From NCBI GenBank assembly GCA_001179505.1, contig CDMY01000954.1, forward strand, positions 169,605 to 233,604: a DNA stretch of 64,000 nt, read 5' to 3'. The position numbers were made by a program, and so were the translations under genes. This document shows positions 49,921 through 62,932 of this stretch, in pieces (position 1 is the first letter of the stretch; each line of letters begins with the position of its first letter). Origin of the DNA: Vitrella brassicaformis CCMP3155 (lineage: Eukaryota; Protista; Chromerida). Below the pieces are notes generated by a model that saw only the letters and a list, made by a program, of their open reading frames with translations, had not been told where the DNA came from and did not search any database.

Positions 49921-52269
49921 TCAGTCGTAGAAGACCGAAGCGATGTTGTAGTTGGCCGGCGTCGACCACTTGGCAATGCAGGCGTCCTGCTTGCCCTACA
50001 GCCACCAGCCACCAACCACACACACACACACAGATGCACACACAGAGGGGCAGCGAGTGTAGTGGGGCCATCCATTCACTCATTCAGTCATTGCACTGCA
50101 GGTGCTGTGCTGTGTGAGGTTTGGCGTACGTACAATGGCTATGTGCGGCCTGTTCAGAGATCGGAGGAGCCTGGCCATCTCGTCCCTGCAGGAAGTCAGC
50201 TGAGACTTTTGCACCCCCGTCACACGCTTCAACGCCTCCGTCTGCACACACAAGAAAGAGGAAGGCAAGCACAGGCGCACACACACACACACACACACGT
50301 GTCGTGTCCTGTGTGTCGGTTAATGTGTGGCCCCCCTCCCATCGCCTCACTCACTGACTGACCCAGCTGGGCTCTCCGTGTCGGGGCTGTCCTTCCCGGA
50401 GCAGCCACATCTTGCGGGTCATGTACACCGCCGTAGCCTGACAAAGGGATGGATGGATAAATGGATGGATGGATGTCGGGTGTGTGTTGCATGGATGGCG
50501 TGTGTGCGGCTCAATTGGACGGACCGAGATGATGTTGGATTTGTATTGAGAGAATGTGTAGTCCGTCAACGCCAACTCCTGCACACACACAGAGAGAGAG
50601 AGAGAGACCCCATGGATGGCAGGTACGTAAGATGCACACACCACATCCGTCCATCCATCCATCCATCCGTCTGTATGTCTGTATGTCTGTGTGCGTGTTT
50701 ACGCACCTGGAGGAACTGCACGAATGCGTGGTCCTTAGTGTCCGGAGGGATGCCGCCCGCCTTGGCGAACCGGTCGCTGAACGCACAGTAGGTTGAGCTT
50801 GGCAACTCCATCCCGGTGGTCCTAAACACCACACAAGGCAACACACACCACACACATACGTCGGTCGGTTGAATAATGAGAGAGACAGGGAGAAAGGGCT
50901 GGCTCTTCCCACGTGTGTGGATGTGATGTGTGTGTATCCACTTACATGAGGATGTGCTGTTCGATCCTGAGGAAGTCGATGCGCGTATAGGTGCGGTCCC
51001 TCTTGTCCATGGGCACCTCGTTCATGAGGGTGACCAGGTCGTTGATGACCACCGGCTCACGCTCCTCGTACTTGGACGCTATCAGCAAACACGTGTAACC
51101 CACCTGGTGGCAGTGTGACCCACCTGGTGGCAGTACAGTAATTAAGTGGATGGATGGATGACACAAACAACACATAAACAACACCCATATGTGTGTGAGT
51201 GATTGTGCGTTCTGTGAGTAAATGCAGTGCTGTGTGTGTATGTTGGTACCAACATGGTACCAACATACTTACCGCCACGAGGTTGTGGTGGAACACATTC
51301 TCTCCCTTGGCCCACACTGATCGACACGAACGAATGACACACACACACACGAGGGAGGCAATTAATTAAGACAGACGTGTGTGGCTATGTGCGGTGACTG
51401 TGGTGCGGTGTGTCATTCGTGTGGTCAGTATGGCTCACTCCACTCACGTGTGTGTATGTAGTAGTCGAGGAGCCGCACCGCCAGCGGCAGGGCCTCCTTG
51501 CACACACACATGCGGCTGCAGCCGTCGAAGATGCGATCCACGGTGTAGCCGTGCAACTCCTTGAAGGCGTCGCCGCAGTTGCTCAGAAACTCCACAGACA
51601 CGGCATACTTGTCCTGTTGAGTTGACAGACACCACCCACATGACACGACCACACGCATCTCTCCCTCCTAAACCCGCCCTCTCTCTTTTTCTCTTCGCTG
51701 ACTTACGGCTTGTCCGTGTGCGAGGGTGAGGGAGGGGTACTGGGGCATCATGTGGCCGTCTTGCATCTCCTGGTTGGTGAGGTCGGGCGCCAGGGACTTG
51801 AGCCGGGCTGCCCCATCGCCCAGCGCCAGGTCACGGTCCTTGGCGTTGGACTGCTGCAACTCCTTGAGCACCTTCTGGGCCTGCTCCTGCAACTGCTGCC
51901 GCAGCTCCTTGGCCACCCGACTTGCCCGACGGTCGGACTCGATGCCCGCCAGCAGAAAGTCATCGCTCCCGCGGCCGCCACGCAACTGGTACTGGGACTT
52001 GCGCGGCTCCTGAGATGCATACATGCATCGTCCGTATGGCCCTGCTGCGTGCCCGCCATCCCCTTTCTTTCTTTTGACGCCTGGCTGGCTTCTCCCTGTC
52101 AGCGGTACCTACCTTGGCTTTGGAGTAGGGACCCGTCGGCCCTGTGCCGCCGCGTTTGTTCGAGTCCTGCAGTGCCAACACCCACACCCACACACCCATG
52201 TGTCAATGCCCGCATGCATTCACGTCCCGTCCTGCTGCTTGCCCTTTCATACCTCCTTACCTTGGGCAT
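49921..52269 (-). CDS. Divergent A/B-type cyclin, copy 2
   Basis: Same exon structure as copy 1: ELHGYTVDRIFDGCSRM, LIASKYEERE, TYTRIDFLRIEQHILM, ends ANYNIASVFYD*. Confidence 0.85.
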
Positions 52270-52524
52270 CCTGTCCCGACGAGAATGATGGATGTGACAA
52301 TTAAACGACAAGTCAACGACAAGTCTCAACAGGTATACGTACGGTTACGTCCGTCCACTGGTCCGGCAACTCTCAACACCTCAACAACTCCTCCTTTTCT
52401 TTTTCCTCCTCCTTTTTCTCACATGCGAGCTTGAGGAAGTACCTTGTGTTTCACGCAAAAATGCAATAGGGTCCAAACCCTTCAACCCCTGAGTACGACG
52501 AGGAAACAGTCGAAGCAGAGAGAG

Positions 52525-53622
52525 ATGGCGTACGTTTTTCCAAAGAAGGAAAGATGCAAGGATGACATCAAGATGTGGGCAAAGCAAGCCAGATCACTCA
52601 TCGCATCGCATCGCATCTACACACGCCTCTCTTCGTGTGTCTGGCTCATCCCTCCACTGCTCCAGCTTGCCGCTGACCGGTGTGCTGAAAGACGGCGCCA
52701 CGACAGTCGAGGTCGACTGGTTCAGCGATGGCAACTTCAGTGATGTCCACCGAATGTTCAACGATGCGCTCGACGACGGCGAGTGAGCAAACAAAGCCAA
52801 CTGGATCTCTCTCTCTCTGTCGTGCTCCTCGCATTTTTTGTGTCAGTTCGTACCCGTATGAGGGGCCGATGGACGCAGAGACCTTCGAAGCCTACTAGTA
52901 AGGGGCAGTGGGTAGTGCTGGAAGGATGATTTGTTTGAGCAATTTATTCAATGACATCGATGTGGTTGTGTGCAGCCTCTCCCATGACGTGTTTGTGTGC
53001 CGCATCACGTCGAGTGATTCTCTTGCTGGCACCGTGGTCGGCAGCTTCTACATCAAACCCAACTGGCCGGGAAGATGGTACGTCTGCGCACCCCGAACAG
53101 ACTCATCGATTCTGCTTGGTGGGTGTGTGTGGCTGGGTTGTCAGTTCACACATTTGCAATGGGGGATTCCTCGTCGACCGTCCCTACAGGGGTCGGGGAA
53201 TCGGCAGGTTCATGGCCGAGTGCTTCCTGAAACTGGCACCAGCATTGGGTACACAATCCGCATGATGGGCTAGTTCGCGTGAGCAGGGGCCGATGTGTGT
53301 CCATGTATGTGATGTGTGCGGACTGCAGGCTATCGGGCCTCCTTCTTCAATCTCGTCTTTGCCTCAAACGAAGCGTCAATCAGGTAGGTGCCCACTCGCA
53401 TCCATCCATCCATCGTCTGTGTCATCCTCCCTCCCTCCCTCCCTCGCTCGCTCCTTGTCTGGGTGTCCGTGTATGTTGAACAGGTTGTGGGACAGTCTGG
53501 GGTTCGAGCGGGTGGGTGTGGTTCCGAGGGCGGGCCGCCTTAAGGGACTCGGGTACGTCGATGCCATCCAGTACATGTATGACTTTGGCCCGTGGGACGT
53601 CCCAGCCGACGAGGGAGAGTGA
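52525..53622 (+). CDS. GNAT N-acetyltransferase, Mpr1 (L-azetidine-2-carboxylate acetyltransferase)/Spt10-N-like
   Basis: SYPYEGPM, VGSFYIKPNWPGRCSHICNGGFLV..YRGRGIG, APALGYRASFFNLVFASN, RLWDSLGFERVGVVPRAGRLKG. Confidence 0.9.
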
Positions 53623-54016
53623 GGGCCTGTAGGATGGGTACGGGGATGTGGGGCGGGGCGGGGCGGGCAGCTCGCTCAAGGAGCTGGGGCGGGGCACACG
53701 TGGGAATGTTGTCCGGCTGATGGCATGATGCACGCATTGGGGTGGTGGTTTGGACTGGTGCATTGAAATCATTTGTGTGGGGTGTTCCAGACATGACCTT
53801 AACACTGCCAGACAGACAGGCAGTGTTGTGACAATCCATCGCATAGGGCATCAGGCAGTCATCAATGCGCTTGTTTCGTCCCCGTATACACGTGCATGTC
53901 GATGGACACACACCGCACAGGCCTATTGTACACGCGCACGCGCGCGCAGACCGTCACCGTTCGGGTTTCCGTGAAACCGCCCGCAGTGGTTTGCGCCACT
54001 GCTCTCAACCGCGGCC

Positions 54017-55695
54017 ATGAGGCGTGGAGTTGGCGCGGCGCGTTTTGCAAGAGAAAAAGAACGCGACGTGAGCTCAGATCCACTGACTGCGGATGGGTAC
54101 ACAGTGAGTGATGTTGTGTTTGCTTGTGTGTTTCATTCATTCATTTCAGACTCGTTTTGAGGCGGTCGCTTCGCAGCTGACGGCCACGCGTGTGGCGCAG
54201 GCCCGAGAACACTTTGATTCCTTCCGGCTGAAGCTGCAGGAGTTCGCACTAAAGCACCGGGACCGAATCAACAAAGACCCGGTCTTTCGGCAGAAGTTCT
54301 GCGAGATGTGCGCCGCAATCGGCGTGGACCCTCTCATTTGTACGAACGCACTCGTGAGAGAGAGTGGTGGCGGGTTCTGCGCATCCCGTTCATTCATTCA
54401 TTCATTGTGCTGTTGTGCGTGTTGTTCGGTCACTCATCAGCGAGTCGCGGCTTCTGGTCTCGTCTTTTGGGAGTCGGCAACTTCTACTCTGAACTGGGAG
54501 TGAGTCGAGTCGGCTGATGGCCCTGTTAAGCACACATGTGCGTTCAGCTCATGCATCCGCCTGTGTGTGTCATTCATTCAGGTGCAAGTGCTGACCATCT
54601 GCATGGCCACCCGGCCGCAAAACGGAGGCATCCTTGAGGTCAGCAACACCCATACACTCACCCCTCCACACGCGAACCATTGTTCCTTGTTTTCTTGGGT
54701 TATCGGCGTGTGTGTCAGTTGTCGGAGTGTTGTCACCGTGTGCGGCGTCTGCGAGGCAACTTGGCACCTCCCATCGACGAGTAAGAAGGAGGCGGTCAGT
54801 CCGCTGATTGAGTGTGTCTGATACATGTGTGTGTCCATGTAGGGGTGACATCGAGCGGGCCATCGAGCGTGTGGCAGTCCTGGGCCACGGAGGGATCACC
54901 GTCATGAAGGCAAGCAGTCGACTCCACGCTATATGTGACTCATCATCCCTCGTCGACTTGTGGGTGTGTGTGCAGCGTCGCGGCAAGACGACCATCCTTT
55001 CCCTCCCCGACGAGCTCAACCCCGATCAAACCATCGTGCTTGACCTCGCACACGTACACACAAAAACGCACAAGCACAGACAGCCATTGGCATCTCCCTC
55101 CCGCTGTGGGTGGGTTTGCTGATCAGGAGAAGGGACATGTGAGCTGTCGGCAGCTCAACGAGGCCTTCGCCTGGACCAAGGAGCGAAGCATGGCTGTCCT
55201 GGTAAGTCGATTGTACCTGTGCATGTGTGTTGGTGGCTCGGTGTGCTGTGCATGCCATGGCATGAATGCATCGTCTTGTTCCCTCCCGTCGTCGGGTGGC
55301 GTGCGTCGTCATGGGCAGTGGGTGTGGAGGGCATTTCAGCGGTGCTAGAGCAGTGCACTCGTTGTCTGTCCTGGATATACTGGGCGCCATGTGTGCTCAC
55401 ATGGATTGAATGGGGCCCTTGTGGCCCGGGGCACACACACTCTTCCCTCTCTCCTTGTCTGTCTGCGCGTCGTGTCTGCAGATGGTGTTTTTGCGTGAGG
55501 GTCTTGTGTGGGTCGACACACAAGTCACAGCAGAGGAGGTGAGAAAGAAGAAGACACCCTGAATGCGTGTTGCTACCTGCGCTCATCATTTTCCTGCGTG
55601 TGTATGGTGGGTGGGTGGTTTGTGTGCAGGGTGGTGAGGCTCTCTACTGGTTTCCCAGCCTGGCGCTCAGTCGGCTGGAGGAGGATGACGAGTGA
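54017..55695 (+). CDS. SNF8: ESCRT-II subunit Vps22/SNF8 (EAP30)
   Basis: MRRGVGAA, FRLKLQEFALKHRDRINKDPVFRQKFCEMCAAIGVDPL, FWSRLLGVGNFYSELGVQV, RPQNGG, SLPDELNPDQ, EGLVWVDTQ, YWFPSL. Confidence 0.95.
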
Positions 55696-56566
55696 TGCGT
55701 GTCATGGTGGTTGTGGTTACTCACACGTCTGTGTACAGATAGCTTGAGACGGAGATAGAGAAATACATTCGTGCGTCCTTCATGTGTACACACAGACGGA
55801 CAGATGCCGGCAATGTGATATATATGAAAATGTCAGCCGTTCACTGAGCAAGAAAGGCAAGAAAGAAGGCTAGCTATAAGTGCTATATGCCACCACTCAC
55901 GCAGCCACGACACTCACGTGCACACGGGGCGCGACAATTGTCTGTCTGTCTGTCGGCTTGTTGTCCGCCCTGCCGCCGCAAACGCAACACAGACAGCCGA
56001 CAGGGCAGATGGAAAAAATACACACACATAGGGCGGGAGGGAGGGAGGGAGGGAAGGAACAACATACACACATCACCTCACATCATTGTGGTCAAAACGC
56101 GTATATCATTCATTCATGTGTCGTGATCATATGCCCGCACGCCGATGCCGCAATTACACGTAAAGGCGAAAAAGGGACACACGCCCCCCTCTCCCCTTGA
56201 CATGCATTGCAGCCCCTTGACATCACCACCGCATTGGCCAATATTAAAGCGCACCCACCCACCCACCCACCCACCGACATTCAGCACTGACCGACTATGC
56301 TATGGTCTGTACTATACACCACATCCCGATACACCCGGCCCTCCCTGTAAGTAATCGCCATACACACGCGTGTGTGCATCCACACACGCCTTCATCCATA
56401 CATACGTACCCGCGAGCCATCGGTAAGGATGGCACCACGATGACGTCGAGAGAAAGAAAGCGGGAAGGAGGGAATAACGAAGAGAAGAGAATGAGAGAAA
56501 AGTAAAAAAGAAAAAAAGGCGCGGCATAGCCACCCCGCCCGATTGTCCCTCCCTCTCTCCATCCCA

Positions 56567-59060
56567 TCAGGTGCGGCTGGTCGCTTCCGAAGCACCTGCA
56601 GAGGGGCCATGGGTGAGATCCTTGACTTGCGGCAGCGGTCTCTTGGACAGAATGGACACGCCCCGGTGGTGGAAGGTGTGCCCCAAGATGTCAGCCAGTG
56701 AACGGCTGGAGCAAACGACCACAGACGCACACAACATGCCTTTTCGTCGTTTCACCCACGTGCCACCCAGCCACCCACCGACCCACCTGACAGAGGTGAG
56801 GCTGATCATGCCCGACATCCTGCCCCTCTTGTCGGTCAAGAATATGCGGTGGATCTTGGTCGCCACGAACCGATCAAACACGTCCTCAAGCTCGCTGATC
56901 TCGGGCATCGTCGCGTAGGGGGGGTCGGGCTGTGGTGGATGGAAGACACACACACACACACAGACGGGTGTGGTCAGGGGAAGGGCCTTGATGCCTGCCG
57001 TCCTTGTGTGTGGGTACCCTGCGCCCCGGCTGCCGCACGAAGTTGACGTACTCCAGCTGAGAGAGAGAAAGAGAGGGAGAGAGAAGGGGAGAGAGAGAGA
57101 GATGCGTGAGCACGGCCGTGGCTGGCTGGCTGCCTGGCCGTCGCTCCGCTCACGGCTGGTGAGTTGAGAATGTCCTTGGAGGGCAGGGAGTCACTCGCCA
57201 AGAACAAGTACTGACCAGAGGAAGACACACCAAGAGAAGGCATTCATTCCAGATGCTTCTCACCCTCCCTTGTCCCTCCTGCCCGTCCTGTCTTCCTCAC
57301 CTTCATATCTCTGACAGTGATGACCTCCCTGACTTTGCTGAAGTCATTCTCGGCCACAATGGGCACAGCCGAATAGCTGTGACGCTCCATCATGTGCAAC
57401 GCCTACACAGACAGACAGACAGACAGACAGACAGAGGGGGAGGGTGCAGTGCCGGCTGGGTGTCTTGTGTGTGTGTGCGTAATCACCTTGAGAAGCGTCT
57501 CGGTCTCCATGATGGTGACCACCTTCTCCTTGCTGCCCTGCAACACCTGCTGCCTCTGATGGACGAATGACAACACATTCACACACAGGCGGACAGATCT
57601 CCATCAGGAAACCAACTTGTGAGTACTGCCGGTCACCTCACCTGCTTGGGCTCGAACTCCTTGACCAAGTCGAGCTTCTGCAGTCACGGATGGACCCACA
57701 CATACAAACAACACAAACAGTGGACGAAGATGGACAGATCGATGGATGGATCGATGTATGGTGAGTGAGTGTGGCATGAATGATGTGGCACATACACACA
57801 TACACACACACCTGCAGGAGAGTGAGCATGTCGACGGGGCTGAAGACCCGCACTATCTCCTTGTCCTCAAACACGGCACTGACAGAAAGATACATCACAC
57901 AGACACACAGACAGAGGGACGCATGACGGGATGCGCCGCCCCTTCCTCCCTCTCTCTGTGTGTGTCTGTCGTATTCACTGCTTACACCCTGGCGCAGTTT
58001 TTGAATGCGGAGCACAGCCTGGCCACGCTGTCGTTGATGTCATATGGGATGAACGGGGTGCGACCGGACGCATCTGGACACATCAGAGCCACACATGCAT
58101 GGACCTATGCTTATGCTTGCTGTGTGTGTGTGTGTGTGTGTGTCTTACTCGCGATGGATCCGACAGTAGTGCTCTTGCACATTTCCAAGATCTCACTGAA
58201 GGACTGCACACACAATACACACAACACAGAGCGCTCGACTCGACCGCCGATCCCTCCCTTCGTTCCTTTCCGAATGACCGACCGACCTTGTTCTTCCAGT
58301 TCTTCTTCATCCTGATGATGTGATAGCTCACATCCTGCCAACCAAGCAACCACACGGGCACATACGCACACCGCTCTGCTGGTCCCCTTCCAATGCATTG
58401 CAATGCATGCAGGACGTAGATGCGTACCCGCACGTCGATGAAAGAGTAGCTGACTCGTCGGCAGCAACACCGATGCACATTGTCGTGACGAACCACCGCA
58501 CTCCGCAGCCTGCAGCCACACACACATACACACCGACACGAGTCTTCGCAGATCTTGAATGGCTGGCTGACTGGCTGGCTGACCGTCTGTCGTGGATGAG
58601 TTCGCAAAACCTGAGGAGCGTCTCGCTCTCTTCGAGTACCAACACCGTCTGAGGCGTCAAGTGACTGAACACCTGCACACACATGCCAACCACAGGCAAA
58701 GATGGGTTGAGGTGCTCTCCCTTGTCTGTATGTCAATCGACTGCATGCCATGCCCACCTCCTTGGCCTTGCGGTTGACGAATTCCTTGAGGGCCTCGCTC
58801 TGACATCCGCCGTACTTGCTTGGCGCCACCGACGGTGCCATGCTCATCTGCGCAGATGGCGGTGGCATGCTGGCCTCGCCGAAACCCATCGCCTCAGCTG
58901 AGTCGCGGCTGCTACGGCGCATCATCGAACTCGCAGGGCTGCCGTCACTGATGCCGTGTGTGATGAACGACGGCACATTGGACGGGCTGTCTGCGCCGGA
59001 TTGCGGAGGCGGCTCAATCATGTTTGCGCTGGCCTGTATGCTCAGGTCAACGCTGCCCAT
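56567..59060 (-). CDS. CBS-domain protein (AMPK-gamma/Sds23-like, about 4 CBS repeats) with a Ser/Pro-rich N-terminus
   Basis: VLVLEESETLL.., VARLCSAFKNCARVPVFEDKEIVRVFSPVDML, ALHMMERHSYSAVPIV, LEYV, LEDVFDRFVATKIHRIFLTDKRGRMSGMISL.DIL. Confidence 0.8.
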
Positions 59061-59258
59061 ACGGACGCAAGAAGCGATTCAAAACAGCGAAGCTCGCTCA
59101 GATTCTGAGCTCGCGTCCACGGGTGACCACTGCGGGATTCTGCGACGTGGAAAGCTCTTGAGGTGCAAATCGGCGAGAGAAGGAGAGGCTCATCTGTTTT
59201 GTCGAGTCCTGAGAAGCCCCGCTTACTGAAGCCTCGCTGACGAGGCCTCACGGAGGCG

Positions 59259-61444
59259 ATGGCCGTATTCGTCCATCTCAGTGGAGCAGGTCGTTCATCC
59301 GCAGATAGTGTCCTGACCTGTCCCCACTGCGGCGGCAATGACTTCGAAACACAGCTGGGCACGGGAAAGGTGTGTCAGTCGTGCGGCCAGGTGCTTGTCA
59401 ATGGCGCCACCGGCAGCAGCGGCAACCACAGGACCCGCTCAGCATCAGCTGCTGCGCCGGCTGTTGAGCAGACGATGACGTATGAGCTGGACTGGGAGGA
59501 GGACACGTGGGATGCGGGCAAGCAGTTCGTGTGGCACCGCTTCCCCGGCAGCAGGGGCAACGCCGGCACCGCTGCCGCCAGAGCCATGGCCAACGTCAGG
59601 TGGAGAGATGCACGGGAGAGGAGAAACGACACATTCGTAAGCAACCGACCACACACACACACAGACCTGTAATAGACATGAACAGACAGCTGTCGCCCTC
59701 CCTTCTATGCGCCCGTGCTCTCTCTCTCTCTCTCTCTCTCGCTGTGTGGGTGGGTGTGTGGGCGTGCGTGTGTGTGTGTGGGATTGCAGAAAGGCGTTGA
59801 GTCGAGGATAGAGAGCATTTCGCAGGTGCTGTGTCCCGGCAAGGCAGCGCAGGCCATCGACATTTTCGCCTCCTACCGCCAGGCCGTCCCCCGCATTCGT
59901 GTCGGCAATCCCAACAACGCCGAGCTGATTGCCGTGGCGTGTGTCTACTGTGCCATGCGGATGAACAGAGACAATGTGGCTACCGCCGATGACGTCACGG
60001 TAAGCAAGGGGACAAGGGAGAGAGGGAGGGAGGGAGTCAGGGAAGGGACACCACACACTCAGATGGTCGGTCGTCTGTCTACTATGTGCGAATGTGTGTG
60101 TGCATTATCAGGATCGTATGTCGGTGGATCCGGCCAGCTTGACCGAGACGGTTCGCAGGATCTGCCGGGCCACCTCCCTCCCCCTTCCCCGGCTGCGTCT
60201 GGCCGCCTTCACCCATCAGCTCATCCTCACATACACCCGGCGATTCCTCCTGGCGCGCCAGCGGGTCCTCTTCCCACACCAGACACACCAAGCGGCCTCA
60301 GAGAAGCGGGACCAAGAGCGGCAGAAGATTGCAGAGGCAGCGAGCGGGCAAGACGGAGGCGGTGACGGCGGGGCTGATCTGCTCCTCCAGTTTGACACGC
60401 TTGACACCTTCTCGGTCGTCGACGACACCGTCAACTCGCGCAAGAAGAGGAAAGCGGCCAGGCGGCTCAAGAGAGGGACTGTGGATGGAGAGGGCCATGC
60501 AGAGCACGAGGGGGACGAGGGAGACGGCCTGGTGGTGCCGACCAGCGACTTGTTGGACAAGGAGGAGCTGGACAAATGGCAGCGGTTCGAGGAAATGGCC
60601 GAGTGGGTGGCTGACCTCGCCGACAAATTCTGCTGGGTGAGAAGAGCAAGTACACACATGCATAGCTTTCTTTCTTGGGGCCTCTGCACTGGATTGGCTC
60701 TGTCTGTGCTTCATTCACTGCAGGCGACTACCAGACAGACGTCCACTCGTCGCGTGCAGGCTGCGAGCGTCATCACCCTTGTCGCCCGGCACCTACTGCT
60801 GCTGCCCGTCAACACCGTACCAGGACACAAAGACCTTCAAGTAAGCCTTTGCACACGCAGTCTCTGTCTGTCTGATGCTGATGCCATCCCGCATGCTGTG
60901 TGTTGTGTTGTGTGTGCAGGCTGCCCACGACAAGAGAACTGACACCTGCCGCGAGGCGTGCCGGTGGCTGGGTGTGGCCGAGGTGCCGCTCATGAATGCC
61001 GGGCGGCGGCTTGCCACCACACTGGCAGCGCTGATAAGGACATTGCCCGACCCCTCTGACCAGCACCAGCACCACCAGGTCACACGCAAGAACGTCCACC
61101 GCTACCTCTCCTTCCTGGAGCCGCACAAGGCCCTCATCGACACACTCACCCCGGACCAGCTGTCACTCGACGAGACAGACACCAACGGCCACCGCAAGGC
61201 CAAGAGAAGGAAGACAGAGAAGGGCGACGTGCCGTCTGCTGCCGCAGGTGGAGAGGATGACAATGGGCGGGGGCGAGGGAAAGGCGAAGGGCATTGTAAT
61301 GGAGGAGGTTGCGAGACGAGGGCGGAGAGGGCGAGGCGGAAGGTGGAGAGGGATGAGGCTGTGGCTGCTGAGCGGAAACGGAAGCTCGACCTGTGGGCCA
61401 AGGCGGTGGGGTGCGGCGGATCGGACGAGGATGACACTGACTGA
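59259..61444 (+). CDS. Divergent TFIIB-family factor (Zn ribbon plus two cyclin-fold repeats)
   Basis: CPHCGGNDFETQLGTGKVCQSCGQVL Zn ribbon. Repeat 1 IESISQVL..AIDIF..AELIAVACVYCAMRMN..TADDV. Repeat-2-like AEWVADLADKFCW..QAASVITLVA..CREACRWLGV. Basic tail. Confidence 0.75.
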
Positions 61445-61755
61445 CTGACTGGCTCTGACTCACTCTTACTGATTGATGTGTGGTGTGAATAGAACTGACC
61501 GACCATACCGTATGTGTATCGTATCGATCATCGCCTTCGTGGAATCAATGGATCGGTTGACATGAATGACCTGCATGTCGCGCGTTATTTGACCATGTCA
61601 TTCATATTGATGGACAATGAATGATCCATATTGATGATTCAATCCAATCCCCCTAACTGACCAGCAAGCCAAGCAATCTGTGTGTCGGTCAGCGATTCAA
61701 TCCGCATCATCCATCACAGTCGGTCTCTCTGTCTTTGGCATCCACGCATTTATGT

Positions 61756-62932
61756 TCAAGTGTTCATGCCGTCGTGTGGCTGCTGCTGCTGCTGCTGCTC
61801 TTGGCTGTCCTCCGTGTCGTCGATGAACGGTATGCTGCCCATGAATGTCTCGACCTGCTTGGTACACACACACACATACACACAACACATACAGAGGTGC
61901 ATCTCCCTCCCCCTCTCAGTGTCCATCATCCTGCTCTTGCCTTCTTGGCTTTGTCACTGTCGAGTGCCGTCTTGTTGATGAGTGTCTCCCTCGCACTCGA
62001 CTGCGCGATGGTCTGGAGGCTGCCAAGGTGCAGCAGGCTGTCGATATCGATGGCACGCAGCCCGCCGATGTGAGAGAGGAACCGACACACGAGCGCACCG
62101 CTCGACAGATGGCCATCCAGCAGATGCTGCAGCACGGACTGAGACGGCGGAATGTCGCGAATCACAGAGGGCAGCAACGGCTGACACACACACACACACG
62201 CAGACACATCAGTGGATGGTGGATGTCAATGTGTTGTGCCGTCTTACAGCGGGACTGGCGAGTGAGAGCATCCTCTGTGTGGCGTCGTGCTCATCTCTGA
62301 CTGGGATTGGGTTGGGCAGCTTGGCGAGTGGCGTCTCGGCGAGTGCCGTCTGGAATGTGTGAAACTCAGACGCACTCAACAGACACAGCACATACGACCT
62401 GACAAAGACACACACACTCGACAGACAGACGCGCGGATTCTGTGTATCTCTCTCTGTGTGTGTGTCACTGACGCATTGGTTCCTCTGCACATCTCGGGAG
62501 ACGTGACGCGGGCGATGTTCTTCTCGACGTTGCCAACACTGACACACACACAGTGAGAGAGTGAGACAGGCATCCACGCTGTGTGTGTGTCTCTCTGTGT
62601 TAGTTCACTCCTTCACTTGATGTCGTGTGACGCGACGATGGCGAATCTTATGTCGTATGGATGATCGTCGTTCTTGAGCAGCACAAAGTCACACGCGTTG
62701 CCAGCACCCAACACTGCATCCAACACACAAATCACACACAGACATGGACACGTTGCTTGTCGGTCTAATGTCTCTGCCGTGCACGTGTGTGGTTACCTTT
62801 GAAGGTGTAGTTGAGATTGAGCAGGTTGGTCTTGATCTTGCCGTGCTGTCTGCGTGGCGACACCAGCGCCACACGACCCTGCTGCTGCTGCTGCTGCTGG
62901 TCGGCAGCGACGCCGCCAGTGTCACTCATCAT
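61756..62932 (-). CDS. Multi-exon hypothetical protein with poly-Gln at both ends
   Basis: MMSDTGGVAADQQQQQQQGRVAL..LNYTFK|..LGAGNACDFVLLKNDDHPYDIRFAIV..|VGNVEKNIARV..|TALAETPLAKLPNP..|PLLPSVIRDIP..|QVETFMGSIPF..QQQQQQPHDGMNT*. Confidence 0.6.

Larger units (their letters stand above)
42500..52438. repeat. Tandem segmental duplication (about 42500-46780 vs 47860-52438), each unit holding a cyclin gene and about 2 kb of downstream flank
   Basis: Co-linear matches such as 42505-43121 vs 47865-48500, 43422-44250 vs 49025-49800, and the cyclin exons and introns. Many substitutions and indels show these are true paralogs, not an assembly echo. Confidence 0.9.

Noticed and set aside
52895-52915. 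In-frame TAG in the GNAT gene (gcctactagtaag) suggesting readthrough or recoding
   Set aside because: The stop spans a splice donor (ta|gtaagg); splicing restores Tyr.
44355-61444. Functional cluster of cyclin-fold proteins (cyclins plus TFIIB)
   Set aside because: The fold relationship is ancient, unrelated housekeeping genes lie between them, and proximity is probably chance.
61756-62932. Resemblance to proteasome assembly chaperone PAC1
   Set aside because: Similarity too weak to support by eye; left as hypothetical.
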